DNA from: an uncultured Lentisphaerales bacterium
Lineage (GTDB): Bacteria > Verrucomicrobiota > Lentisphaeria > JABSQK01 > UBA12247
Assembly: GCA_943788985.1 (NCBI GenBank)
Contig: CALSSJ010000015.1
Coordinates: forward strand, 64,001 to 128,000
Direction: 5' to 3'
DNA length: 64,000 nt
The notes beneath the pieces are model-generated. The model was given only the letters and a program-made list of their open reading frames with translations. It did not search any database and was not told the DNA's origin. Positions 18,921 to 27,851 of this stretch are shown piece by piece. The translations under genes and the position numbers were made by a program. The stretch's first letter is position 1. Every line of letters starts with the position of its first letter.

Positions 18921-19418
18921 TTATTCGCCAATGATATGAATGGTGACCTGCCGTTGGCGAGCGCGCGTGTGATCGAAGTCCACGAAGTAGATGTGGCCAA
19001 ATTCGCCAAGCTCTAATTCGCCGTCGACTATCGGGATGGTCTCGCTTCGTCCCATGATCGAGGATCTGAGGTGGGCATCGGTATTGAGTGTGCCCGGTTT
19101 GTTTTCCCCGTGCTCCGCAGCGAATACGGTCAGCTCAGGGCCGGGATGCATGTACTGGCCCTCCTTGCGGCAGGTCGGAATGATCCGCTCAAAGACGTCG
19201 GCGAGGTCTTGCTGGAGGTAGGTCAAGCCGGTGTAGGCTTTGTCGAAGGAGTCCTCTTCGATCATCACGGCGCACGTGGTGTGACGCGAGAAGACCACGC
19301 AGATTCCTGATGCAATCTGTGCTTCGGCGACGATGGCCTTGACCTCGTTCGTGATGGTGTGAAAGGTCGGCCGTTGTCCGGTCGATTCCAGCTTGATTGT
19401 GTCTCTGATGGTTTTCAT
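18921..19418 (-). CDS. yjbQ: YjbQ/UPF0047 family protein (paralogue A)
   Basis: SRHTTCAV, NTDAHLRSSIMG, GELELG, IYFVDFD. Confidence 0.85.
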   Translation of the reverse strand: MKTIRDTIKLESTGQRPTFHTITNEVKAIVAEAQIASGICVVFSRHTTCAVMIEEDSFDKAYTGLTYLQQDLADVFERIIPTCRKEGQYMHPGPELTVFAAEHGENKPGTLNTDAHLRSSIMGRSETIPIVDGELELGEFGHIYFVDFDHTRARQRQVTIHIIGE

Positions 19419-19448
19419 GCTTGCTTCCTGGTTTGTTGTCGAAGATTC

Positions 19449-19553
19449 AATGTCCAACAGCCAACACGGAATTTCCAAATCCAAGGAAATGCGTTGTGGC
19501 TGCTTTTTCGATTCCTTGGTCGGTTGGCTATTCCGTGTTGGTTATTGGATATT
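19449..19553. repeat. ~105-bp hairpin-forming repeat flanking the four-helix-bundle gene (copy 1)
   Basis: Direct repeat of 19972-20077, with 42 bp identical (19512-19553 = 20036-20077). Internal inverted arms CCAACACGGAAT / ATTCCGTGTTGG. Confidence 0.85.
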
Positions 19554-19563
19554 CAACCTGATG

Positions 19564-19935
19564 CTATTGATCTTTGCGCTTCTTCGCTGTTCCCACGCTA
19601 GCGAACAGGATAGCTATCAACTCGTCCGTTTCCGTTAGAAGGGGAGCAAGCTTCGATTCTGGGGTAACCATTTTTGCCCTGCTGACTACTTTCAGCCAGA
19701 CCTCTGTTTCCCGTAGTTCTTTGAGTGAGATCTTTAGTTTGTGCACAAAATCTGCCTTAGATTCGGCGCTTTGGGCCTCCCCTTAGTTGGGGGCAGGAGA
19801 GGTGCCACTGCGTAGGATCTGTGAAGCAACGTGTTTGCCGGCCTTTGTGTCTGGCAATGCCTCAGAAAGCGCGATAATTCGGACGGCATAGTCGATGAAA
19901 CGATCTTGAAGGTCAAACTCTCTCTTCTTCTGTAT
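19564..19935 (-). pseudogene. four-helix-bundle protein (23S rRNA IVP / bAvd-like family), inactivated
   Basis: FDLQDRFIDYAVRII...QILRSGTSPAPN*GEAQSAESKADFVHKLKISLKELRETEVWL. TAA at 19783-19785 replaces the usual Tyr. ATA sits at the expected start after GGAG. Confidence 0.85.
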
Positions 19936-19971
19936 TTTTCTCTCCGCTGTTTGGTTGCGATTTTGTGCTCT

Positions 19972-20077
19972 AATATCCACTGACCAAAACGGAATTTCCA
20001 ATATCCAAGGAAATGCGTTGTGACTGCTTTTGGGGTTCCTTGGTCGGTTGGCTATTCCGTGTTGGTTATTGGATATT
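19972..20077. repeat. ~105-bp hairpin-forming repeat flanking the four-helix-bundle gene (copy 2)
   Basis: See 19449-19553. Overlaps and supplies the last codons and stop of the TIM gene. Confidence 0.85.
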
Positions 20078-20792
20078 GATCATTCGTCTTCGCTAGATCA
20101 TCTTTTGCTTTGCGCACATTACGCATCATGTCGTCCAAAAGGGCGAGTGGATCGGGGGACTTGAGGATTCCGGATGCGGAGCCCGCGGCATCGTTGCCAG
20201 CCATGATGAAATCGTAGATCTGTGCACCGGTGGTGATGCCCGCGGCTTGCTCGACCAGGATGTCGGGATACAACGCCTTAACGACCCGCAGGGTTTCCAC
20301 CACGTAGCTCATGTCGCTGGCCTGATCGGTGCCGATCAGCTCACTGGGCTCCGGGTTGATGATGTCCGGGCGGAATTGGGCAATGGCTTTGGTTTCGACG
20401 ATGGAATCGGCGCAGGCGAACGTGAGCAGGCCAAGCTCATTGGCCCGGTCGATTGTTTCCTTGATCTGCGGCAGCGACATCGGGCGCTCGCAGTGGTTGA
20501 GCAGCACGCCCTTGGCGCCAGCATCACGGATTGCCTCGGGCAGGACATCGGCCATGCCGCGTCCGGGCCGCAAGGTGTCCATGTAGGGGGCAAACACGAA
20601 GAGCCTGCTGGTGTTCTCGGCAATCCGGCGAATCTCGGTGTATGGGGCGATGAAGATGGCATCGATGTCATACTTCTGTGCGCCTTCGTCTACCGCCTTG
20701 GCATACTCCAGGACTGCGTCACCGTAGATGTAGTTCTTGACACTGGTCTCGAAAAACGGCGATCGAGGCAGGATTTTTTTGGGGGGATTCAT
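20052..20792 (-). CDS. triosephosphate isomerase family protein (short archaeal-type; substrate uncertain)
   Basis: SVKNY, AGAKGVLLNHCERP, PEPSELIGT, AAGIT, GSASGILKS. Confidence 0.85.
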   Translation of the reverse strand: MNPPKKILPRSPFFETSVKNYIYGDAVLEYAKAVDEGAQKYDIDAIFIAPYTEIRRIAENTSRLFVFAPYMDTLRPGRGMADVLPEAIRDAGAKGVLLNHCERPMSLPQIKETIDRANELGLLTFACADSIVETKAIAQFRPDIINPEPSELIGTDQASDMSYVVETLRVVKALYPDILVEQAAGITTGAQIYDFIMAGNDAAGSASGILKSPDPLALLDDMMRNVRKAKDDLAKTNDQYPITNTE

Positions 20793-20807
20793 GATGGGCT
20801 TCCTTGG

Positions 20808-22304
20808 TTACGATTCAATGGGGACGCCAGGGCCTGGCGCAAACCTGGCCGTGTAGTCTCGGTAAAGTTCCTGGTACTGGCTGCTACGCACAGGGTCCGG
20901 CGTCACGGCTCGTTCGGATCCGACGACTCGGTCGGGGCTCAGGAGTGCCGCGTAGCCATCCTGTTCGTTGCGGTAGCGTCCGATGCCGATGCCAGCGAGA
21001 ATCGCCGCGCCCATGGCCCCCGCATGCTCGCCAGTCTCTGGCAGCACCACCGGCCGATTCAGGACGTCGGCCAGAATTGAGGGCCACACCGGGCTGCGGG
21101 TGGGGCCACCGGTCAGTACGATCCTGCCGGGACGAGTCCCGGTGAGCTGCGAGAGTTCATCTACCCGAGCACGGGTTCGGAAGACGATTCCCTCCATCAG
21201 TGCGCGCGCAATATTCTGCGGGGTGGCAGGCGCCATGCGCTCCTCGCAGGACTGATGAAACAGGTTAATGACAAGCCCATCTGCACCGGGTGGTGCCTCT
21301 GAGGCCAGGCGGTTGAACCGCGCAAACGCCGATTCTCTTGGTGGTGCCGGGATGCAACGATCGAGAAATGCATGCAGCTTCTCCGCCACAGCGGTCAGTG
21401 AGAACATCGCCCCCCAGCAGCCCGTGGGCGAGAGAAACGGATCCAGGAGCATCCCCCCCTTCAAGCCTAGCTCACGATTGCGGATCGGCGAGAAAACGAC
21501 CCACGATGTGCCCGCAGAGATGAGCAGATCGCCTTCTTCGAAGATCCCTGTGCTTCGCGCCGCGGACGGGTGGTCAAAGCTGCCGGTGACGACTTGGGTG
21601 CCCGGAGCCAGCCCGGTTGCCTGCAGCGCATCGGTGGTCAGCTCACCGCAGGGCATACCAGGTGGCAGCAACTCCGATAGCTGACTCGCCTCGATCTCGA
21701 GAAAGCTAAGCAGTTCACGATTCCAGCTCCGCGTTTCCTGATCTTGGAGGTAGAAGCTGCTGGCCTTTGAGTGATCGACAACCAGGCGTCCACAGAGCTG
21801 GTGATAGACGTAATCATGCAGCATTGCAAACGATCGAGTCTGCCGCCAGAGGTCCGGTGACTTGGCCTTATGCCAAGCGAGATGAGCCAGAGGAAAGGAG
21901 CCGGCGAACGGCCAGCCCGCGCTGCGGTACACGCGAGCCGAATCCAAGCCTGGCCATAGGTCATCCGCCATCCCGGCACAGCGATTATCCAGCCAGCTGA
22001 TCGCGTTGCCCAACGGTCGGCAGTCGTCGTCCAGCAGCACGGTATTGCCGCTGGCCCCACTCACGCTGATCGCCTTGATCGCAGCGGGATCTTCAGCGTG
22101 GGAGACCAACTCTCGCAGCAGCGCGCACACGTCCTGGACGTATTGCTCAGGGTCCAGTTCCGCCCGTTGATCCGCCAGGCGCAGAAGCTCGACCGGGCGG
22201 CTCGCCTGGCAGAGGATCGGGCCGTGGCTCTCGACGAGCACGCCCTTCATAGCGCTGGTCCCCAAATCCAGGCCGATCAGATAGGTGTCTTGGGAGTTAC
22301 TCAT
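20808..22304 (-). CDS. FGGY-family carbohydrate kinase (xylulokinase-like)
   Basis: IGLDLGTSAMKG, ISWLDNR, GSFDH, ISAGTS, ALMEG, LTGG, GAMGAAILAG. Confidence 0.9.
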   Translation of the reverse strand: MSNSQDTYLIGLDLGTSAMKGVLVESHGPILCQASRPVELLRLADQRAELDPEQYVQDVCALLRELVSHAEDPAAIKAISVSGASGNTVLLDDDCRPLGNAISWLDNRCAGMADDLWPGLDSARVYRSAGWPFAGSFPLAHLAWHKAKSPDLWRQTRSFAMLHDYVYHQLCGRLVVDHSKASSFYLQDQETRSWNRELLSFLEIEASQLSELLPPGMPCGELTTDALQATGLAPGTQVVTGSFDHPSAARSTGIFEEGDLLISAGTSWVVFSPIRNRELGLKGGMLLDPFLSPTGCWGAMFSLTAVAEKLHAFLDRCIPAPPRESAFARFNRLASEAPPGADGLVINLFHQSCEERMAPATPQNIARALMEGIVFRTRARVDELSQLTGTRPGRIVLTGGPTRSPVWPSILADVLNRPVVLPETGEHAGAMGAAILAGIGIGRYRNEQDGYAALLSPDRVVGSERAVTPDPVRSSQYQELYRDYTARFAPGPGVPIES

Positions 22305-22481
22305 GCCACCTGTGGGGGATGTGCGATGTGCAAGCGCTCGTGAAGCGCCCCCCGTTGAAGTTCACGCGTTCCCTTCGGATGTGCCTGCGGCGCTCAGCTG
22401 TGCACCATGCAGTATGGACATCGCGGTGTAACACATCTCGCCTGAAACAAACAGTGCCCCTGTTGCCTGAAATGAGGGCCG

Positions 22482-22896
22482 GTCGGAGTCCCGCCTTTAG
22501 GCGGAAGTTACTGACGGGCTTTAGCCCGCGAGCCGAGCCTGTGAGACGGCCGAAGGCAACCCTCTGCGCTGGCTTGACGTGCTGCCGTACGGACGCTCCG
22601 GCAGCTAAAGCTGCTAATCCACTTCCGCCTAAAGGGCCTGTCGCTTTATTCGGGCTGAAAGCCCATGAGCACCTTAGCCTGGGGCAACGCCCCAGGTCAG
22701 CCGCGTTCCGAAATCGAACGCTGAAAGCGTTCCTCACAGTCCGTAACGTACTGCGGCGCAAAGAGGTGAGGAACACTTTCAGCGTTCGAAACCACTGCGG
22801 CACCAACCTGGGGCGTTGCCCCAGGCTAAGGTGGATTTGGGCTTTCAGCCCGGCTGATTGGAAAAAAGCGACAGGCCCTAAAGGCGGGACTCCGAC
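22482..22896. repeat. nested REP/REPIN palindrome complex
   Basis: Outer 26-bp arm GTCGGAGTCCCGCCTTTAGGCGGAAG (22482-22507). Its inverse is split by the 22634-22878 insertion. Confidence 0.85.
22634..22878. mobile_element. 245-bp MITE-like element
   Basis: 14-bp terminal IRs GGGCCTGTCGCTTT / AAAGCGACAGGCCC and TAAA duplicated on both sides (22630-22633, 22879-22882). The interior is a long CTGAAAG/CTTTCAG-type inverted repeat. Confidence 0.8.
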
Positions 22897-22985
22897 GGGC
22901 TTGGGCGCTGCCTTTGAGCCCCCTGCTAGTTGTTTCGCCTCGCGGCTGCCTGCAGATCCAACAGGTTGCGTACTTCGCATGCTCA

Positions 22986-24464
22986 TCATCGCGCAAGCCC
23001 CCCGTCGATTTGCACGACGGTCATGCCGAGCATGCGGCCGAAGGCAGTGATGCCTTCGGCTTGATCGCCGAGCACCAAAGCATTGTGATGCGTGCCGCCG
23101 GCGCGCGAGTAGGCTTCGAGAAAGTGGGAAATGTCCCCGTCCATAGGACGGATCCACATGCGGACATTGTCGGGCATTCGTGGGTCGAGGCTATCGTCTT
23201 CGGCGAGGACCTCAACCCGTGCCAGAATGAGCGAGAACGTTTCATCAGGGCCCGGAGCGATGTTCACCAGCACCGCGGGGCCTGGCTTGGTCGCGCAGGT
23301 CAGGACCGCTGGGCTGTGCCCGCCCATAAATGGCAGCGGCTTCTCAAACACGCGGGCCGTCCCGGCGGCCACCGCCGGACTGATCTCCCCCATATGAGAC
23401 AGAAACAGGCTGTTGCCAGCCCAGTCGGGACAGAAGATTTCTGTGAATGTGGTCGCGCCAAAGCCGCGCGCCAGAGCACCGACCAGTGCCGCGCTCAGCA
23501 CATCGCCCTCGCCAGCATAGCCGACCCCTCGGGCCATGGCTTTTGAGGCCTCGAGAAACGGCATGGTGTTGGCGGGGCGGTCTTCGCTGTCGAATGCCTG
23601 GAAGTTGACGCTGAAGCCGTCGTAGTCGCCCGATTCGAGCAGGGCGCGCAGCCCGAGGCCAACCCGCACGGATCGAGCATGCGCCTGGTCCGTCAACTCG
23701 CAGTCGTACCGTTCTCGGTCAGCAGCCACCTCGCGGTCAACGGCCTCGTCAGTCACCTCACGAACGGCCGCGTCCAACGCATCGAGATTGAATTCGTCGA
23801 CGACGATTCGGAATCGACGAGCCAGCAGGTCTGCATCGACCACGAAGTCCCCCATCCCGTCAAAGACAGGGCCGATTCGCAGCATGCGACTGTTGCGAAA
23901 TGCGTGGGCGGCAGCCGCGGCACGCTTCGATGGGAGTTCCGGCACGGAGGCAGGCTCAGCCGAAGGCCCCAGGTCTGCGGGGCGGTTGTGCGCTCTACCG
24001 GCAACCCGCGCCAGTACGTCCGAATCCCGATAGTGTCCGGCTGCTATCTCAAAGGTCCGTCCGCGACGACGCAGCATACTGGCAAGGTCCATAACCCCAT
24101 GAATGCCATGATTGTACAGAATTCGGTCCGGATCGACATCGATGCCAAAAGCGCTGTCCATCGTCGTGTCCAGCATCACGATCGGCAGCTCTGTCCCGCA
24201 CAGGGCCTCGATTGCCTCCAGCGACGGCGAGTAGGCGAGATGCAGGGTGATGATGCAGTCTACGTCAGCGGCTTCGAAATCAGCGACTGCAGTTGCGAAC
24301 TCCGCAGCAACGCAACAGATGGGCGCTGTCCGCACCCCAATGCCGTGCGCCTGCAGTCCGGTTGCGATGTCCGCAAGGAAGGCTGTATAGCGATCTCGCC
24401 AGGTGGTATCGATCTCGTCGTAGAACGCCAAGTAGAACGGCAACAAGCCGGCAGTTGCCTTCAT
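22986..24464 (-). CDS. L-arabinose/L-fucose isomerase-fold protein
   Basis: LHLAYSPS, NHGIHG, GYAGEGD, FTEIFCPDW, SHMGE, GGTHH. Start set at MKATAGLLPFYL. Confidence 0.8.
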   Translation of the reverse strand: MKATAGLLPFYLAFYDEIDTTWRDRYTAFLADIATGLQAHGIGVRTAPICCVAAEFATAVADFEAADVDCIITLHLAYSPSLEAIEALCGTELPIVMLDTTMDSAFGIDVDPDRILYNHGIHGVMDLASMLRRRGRTFEIAAGHYRDSDVLARVAGRAHNRPADLGPSAEPASVPELPSKRAAAAAHAFRNSRMLRIGPVFDGMGDFVVDADLLARRFRIVVDEFNLDALDAAVREVTDEAVDREVAADRERYDCELTDQAHARSVRVGLGLRALLESGDYDGFSVNFQAFDSEDRPANTMPFLEASKAMARGVGYAGEGDVLSAALVGALARGFGATTFTEIFCPDWAGNSLFLSHMGEISPAVAAGTARVFEKPLPFMGGHSPAVLTCATKPGPAVLVNIAPGPDETFSLILARVEVLAEDDSLDPRMPDNVRMWIRPMDGDISHFLEAYSRAGGTHHNALVLGDQAEGITAFGRMLGMTVVQIDGGLAR

Positions 24465-24576
24465 CTGATACTGTGCCCCGGAATTACGTTGCGTGGAGAC
24501 GGCAGCACGATCGGCTGATTGCGAGCAACTCGCCAATGGCATTGATTTAAGCCCAAAGGACTTGCGGGCGGTGCCT

Positions 24577-24733
24577 TTCGTACGGCGCAGGTTCCCTTCG
24601 GGTATGCCTGCGGCGTTCGCCTGCGCCCGAGAATGACTCGGAGATGTAAGTTGTTGGGAGCCAAGGCGTTGTCACAATTTAGGGCGCAGGCGAACGCCGC
24701 AGGCATACCCGGAGGGCACCTGCGCCGTACGAA
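24577..24733. repeat. REPIN-like inverted repeat (52-bp arms)
   Basis: TTCGTACGGCGCAGG...GCCTGCGCCC (24577-24628) and its inverse at 24682-24733 with few mismatches. Intergenic. Confidence 0.85.
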
Positions 24734-24903
24734 TCTCCCTGGTTCATCGTTTCTCCCACAACGACGGCTTAAATCAGTGGCATTGCGCACTGCTCGCACG
24801 GTCTTCGGCCTCTTTGCGCATCGCGCCCAAACCGGCATGAAGCCAGAAAGTGTCCTTTCGGTTAAGACAGTTTCGCCCTGAAGTTTCCCGTTCATCCGGA
24901 CAC

Positions 24904-25941
24904 TCATGCGCTCCCTCCGTAATTGCGCTGCGCCACGGCGGAGAACAGACGCTCGGCATTGCCGAAGAAGAAGTCTGCGATCTCCGCACGGGAGAGGCCG
25001 GCGCGCTGGGCCGCGAGGCGGATGCCGCGCAGTTGCTCGTAGGTAAAGCTGGTGAAAGCCACGGCATTCTCGGGCGCGTACATGGCGTTGCCGATGGCGT
25101 AGTCTTCGCCCATCAAATAGACGTACTGATCATTGACCTCGACCGACTTGCCGCGCAGGCAGGCGATGGGAGCATCGGAGCCGAACAGCATCCGGTCGCG
25201 CGGGAAGGTACGAAATGTGTATTCCAGGACACCTTCGTGATTGACCATGGCGGTGTCGATATAAGCATTGGGACAGGCTGCAATGCCATCGAGAAACCCG
25301 GTCACGCTGCTCAGGTAGTAGGCCCGGCCAATGTGGGCAAAGATGATCCGCGTGTTGGGATAGCGCTGACAGAGCTCGACCATCTGCATCTGGTTGACCG
25401 GGTCGGCCAGGCGGCCGGGCCGGGGAATGTGCAGCATGATCGCCAGCCCCAATTCATCGGCCAGTTCCATCTGTTCGGCCGGGAGCATGTCGTGAATCGT
25501 GATCTCGGCCTTCGGCCTTCCTTCCACAAACTCAAGATAGGGCTTGTAGCCGATCAGGCGGTTTGAGACCACGCGCTGACGCACGCTCTCGACGCTGTCC
25601 CGCGGCGCCACCAGGGCCATGCCAAAGAAGCGTCGGTTATCGGCTACGTCGCCTGCATACACACCGGATGCGTCCCGGTCAGAATCAAAGAATGGATAGC
25701 CGAACTGATTCACGCTCAGCTCGCGTCCAGGTAGCCAGGCCGCGGTCCACTCCAGCAGCTGTTGCTTGGTGAATGTGCCGCCAAACCTCTGCCATACCGA
25801 GGTTGCCGGGAACCTGGTTCCCGGGAGCAGGCAAGACCGGTTGTAGAGGTGAATGTGCGCATCAAAGACGCGCTCTGGCACAAAGTCCTCAAACTCTTCC
25901 TGCCATACCTGGCGGTCGCGGTCCGTCGGGTTGATGGTCAT
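24904..25941 (-). CDS. amidohydrolase superfamily protein (Amidohydro_2; possible lactonase)
   Basis: DAHIH, GYKPY, IMLHIP, IFAHIGR, LFGSDAP, GNAERL. Confidence 0.85.
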   Translation of the reverse strand: MTINPTDRDRQVWQEEFEDFVPERVFDAHIHLYNRSCLLPGTRFPATSVWQRFGGTFTKQQLLEWTAAWLPGRELSVNQFGYPFFDSDRDASGVYAGDVADNRRFFGMALVAPRDSVESVRQRVVSNRLIGYKPYLEFVEGRPKAEITIHDMLPAEQMELADELGLAIMLHIPRPGRLADPVNQMQMVELCQRYPNTRIIFAHIGRAYYLSSVTGFLDGIAACPNAYIDTAMVNHEGVLEYTFRTFPRDRMLFGSDAPIACLRGKSVEVNDQYVYLMGEDYAIGNAMYAPENAVAFTSFTYEQLRGIRLAAQRAGLSRAEIADFFFGNAERLFSAVAQRNYGGSA

Positions 25942-25953
25942 CTGCGTCTCCTC

Positions 25954-27687
25954 CTACCAGGTGATGATGCCGGAAAATGCCAGAATGACCAGAGCCATCA
26001 TGCCGGCAAACAGCAGCCACCAGAACAACACGCTCGCGTACCACGGCCGACTCGTCTCGCGCATGGCAGCGATCTGCCCCATATCGAACACAAACTCGGA
26101 TGTGACCTGCTCCGGGCGTGGCGGCTTGGTTGCCAGGCTGGCCACAGCGCAGACCACCAGGCAGAATGCCCAGTTGAGTGCGGCCTGGTTGAGGAACGGC
26201 TCAAGCCAGGCCGGATGGGACGGTACGAACTGAACGAATGCCTTGATGCTGATACCAAGCAGAAAGCCGAGGACCACAGCCAGAGTCGCGCCAAAGGCAT
26301 TGACCCGGCGCCACAGCACACCCAGCAGAAAGACGGCGGCGAACGGGGGCGCAAAGAAGGCATAGAGGGCCTGGATGTACTCAAACAATCCGCCGCCCAG
26401 CTTGCCGATCATCCCGCCCAGACCAGTGGCAATGACCAGAATTCCGATTGATGTATAGACCCCGACGCGCACCACTTGCTTGTCCGAGGCATCGCGGTTG
26501 ATCCACTGCTTGTAGATGTCCAATGTGACGATTGTCGATGTGGAGTTGAGCACCGAATTAACCGTGGATTGGACGGCCCCGAACAACGCGGCCAGTACCA
26601 GCCCGCGCAAGCCCATGGGCACCAGCGCCTGAATCATGTCCACGTAGGCCTTGTCTGCCTCGGGCTTGACGTTGTCCCAGGGCAGCATCAGAATCTCGGG
26701 CTGTGCAGCGAAGAGGATCATGCCGGGCACCACGATGATCAGCGGCAGGATCATCTGCATGAATCCGGCCAGCACCACGCCCATTCGCGCATGGTACTCA
26801 TCCTTCGCACCGAGCACGCGCTGAATCATGAATTGGTTCAACACGCAGTACCAGATACTCACCGAGAAGATGATGAAAATCCAGCTGGGCCAGGGCACCA
26901 CTGGATGGGCGACGGGCTGAAACACTGACATGCGATTATAGGCACCGACCTGGCCGATTTGCTCAGCCACTCGGGCGGTCGTCTCCGCCCAGACCCCGTC
27001 CTTTGCTTGATTGCGTTCGAGCATGATCCGAAAGCCTTCGATCACCGAGCCATCCTCGCCTCCCAGCATATCGAGCCCGTACAACGTTACCGCGAACCCA
27101 CCGAGCAGCATCACGATGACCGTAAAGAAGTCGGTCCAGGCCACCGAGGACAAACCACCGTAGATCGCCCAGGCCCCGGCTACGATCGCCAGCCCGATCA
27201 ACGCTGGCCAGAACGGCCAGCCGAACAGGCTCTGCAACGCCAACGCGCCGCCGTACAACACAGCTGCAAGAAACGCCACCACGTTGCTGATCACGGTTAC
27301 GATCGCGAAGAATTGGCGCATGCCGGGGTTGAACCGCTTCTCCAGGAACTCTGGGATCGTAAAGACGCGAGATGCCAGTAGAAACGGAATGAACAACCAG
27401 ATCAGAAAGCTGTATGCCCCGATGTTGGCCCAGCTGAACATACTGATGCAGGTGCCGTAGATAAACGAGGCCCCGATCATCCCGATAAAATGCTCGCTGC
27501 TGATGTTCGAGGCAATGAACGAACAGCCCACGACATACCACGGTAGCTTCCGGCCTGCCAGGAAATACTCTTGGGAACTTGCCTGCTCCTTGCGCCCTTT
27601 GACATAGCCAATCAAGGACAACACCACAAAGAATGATGCGAATCCCGCATAATCCAGCAGGCCTAAGGGAAGTGTATCGGGAGTCAT
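25954..27687 (-). CDS. sodium:solute symporter (SLC5/SSS)
   Basis: YFLAGR, ASNISSEHFIG, TIPEFLEKRF, YGGLSSVAWTD, NQFMIQRVLGAK and many TM helices. Confidence 0.95.
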   Translation of the reverse strand: MTPDTLPLGLLDYAGFASFFVVLSLIGYVKGRKEQASSQEYFLAGRKLPWYVVGCSFIASNISSEHFIGMIGASFIYGTCISMFSWANIGAYSFLIWLFIPFLLASRVFTIPEFLEKRFNPGMRQFFAIVTVISNVVAFLAAVLYGGALALQSLFGWPFWPALIGLAIVAGAWAIYGGLSSVAWTDFFTVIVMLLGGFAVTLYGLDMLGGEDGSVIEGFRIMLERNQAKDGVWAETTARVAEQIGQVGAYNRMSVFQPVAHPVVPWPSWIFIIFSVSIWYCVLNQFMIQRVLGAKDEYHARMGVVLAGFMQMILPLIIVVPGMILFAAQPEILMLPWDNVKPEADKAYVDMIQALVPMGLRGLVLAALFGAVQSTVNSVLNSTSTIVTLDIYKQWINRDASDKQVVRVGVYTSIGILVIATGLGGMIGKLGGGLFEYIQALYAFFAPPFAAVFLLGVLWRRVNAFGATLAVVLGFLLGISIKAFVQFVPSHPAWLEPFLNQAALNWAFCLVVCAVASLATKPPRPEQVTSEFVFDMGQIAAMRETSRPWYASVLFWWLLFAGMMALVILAFSGIITW

Positions 27688-27851
27688 CGTATTCCTCAGA
27701 TTTGAGATCGTTCACTGGGGCCTGAAGGCAGGGATCGTTGGTTATTCCGCACCCAGGCAAAGTGGGATAGCCCCAAGAAATGCGAGTTGGATGGATGAGC
27801 TCCGAAATGGAGCCTCGAACTCGTTCTCATCCCCTTGAGCGGTGGCCGCGC

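Noticed and set aside
19449..20077. Diversity-generating retroelement (Avd-like gene plus repeats)
   Set aside because: No reverse transcriptase is in the window. The repeats are essentially intergenic hairpins, not a TR/VR pair in a target gene.
22297..23157. Overlapping ORFs 22297..23157 (-) and 22319..23050 (+)
   Set aside because: They are open frames through nested palindromes. SLGQRPR and LGRCPRL appear on both strands because the DNA is an inverted repeat.
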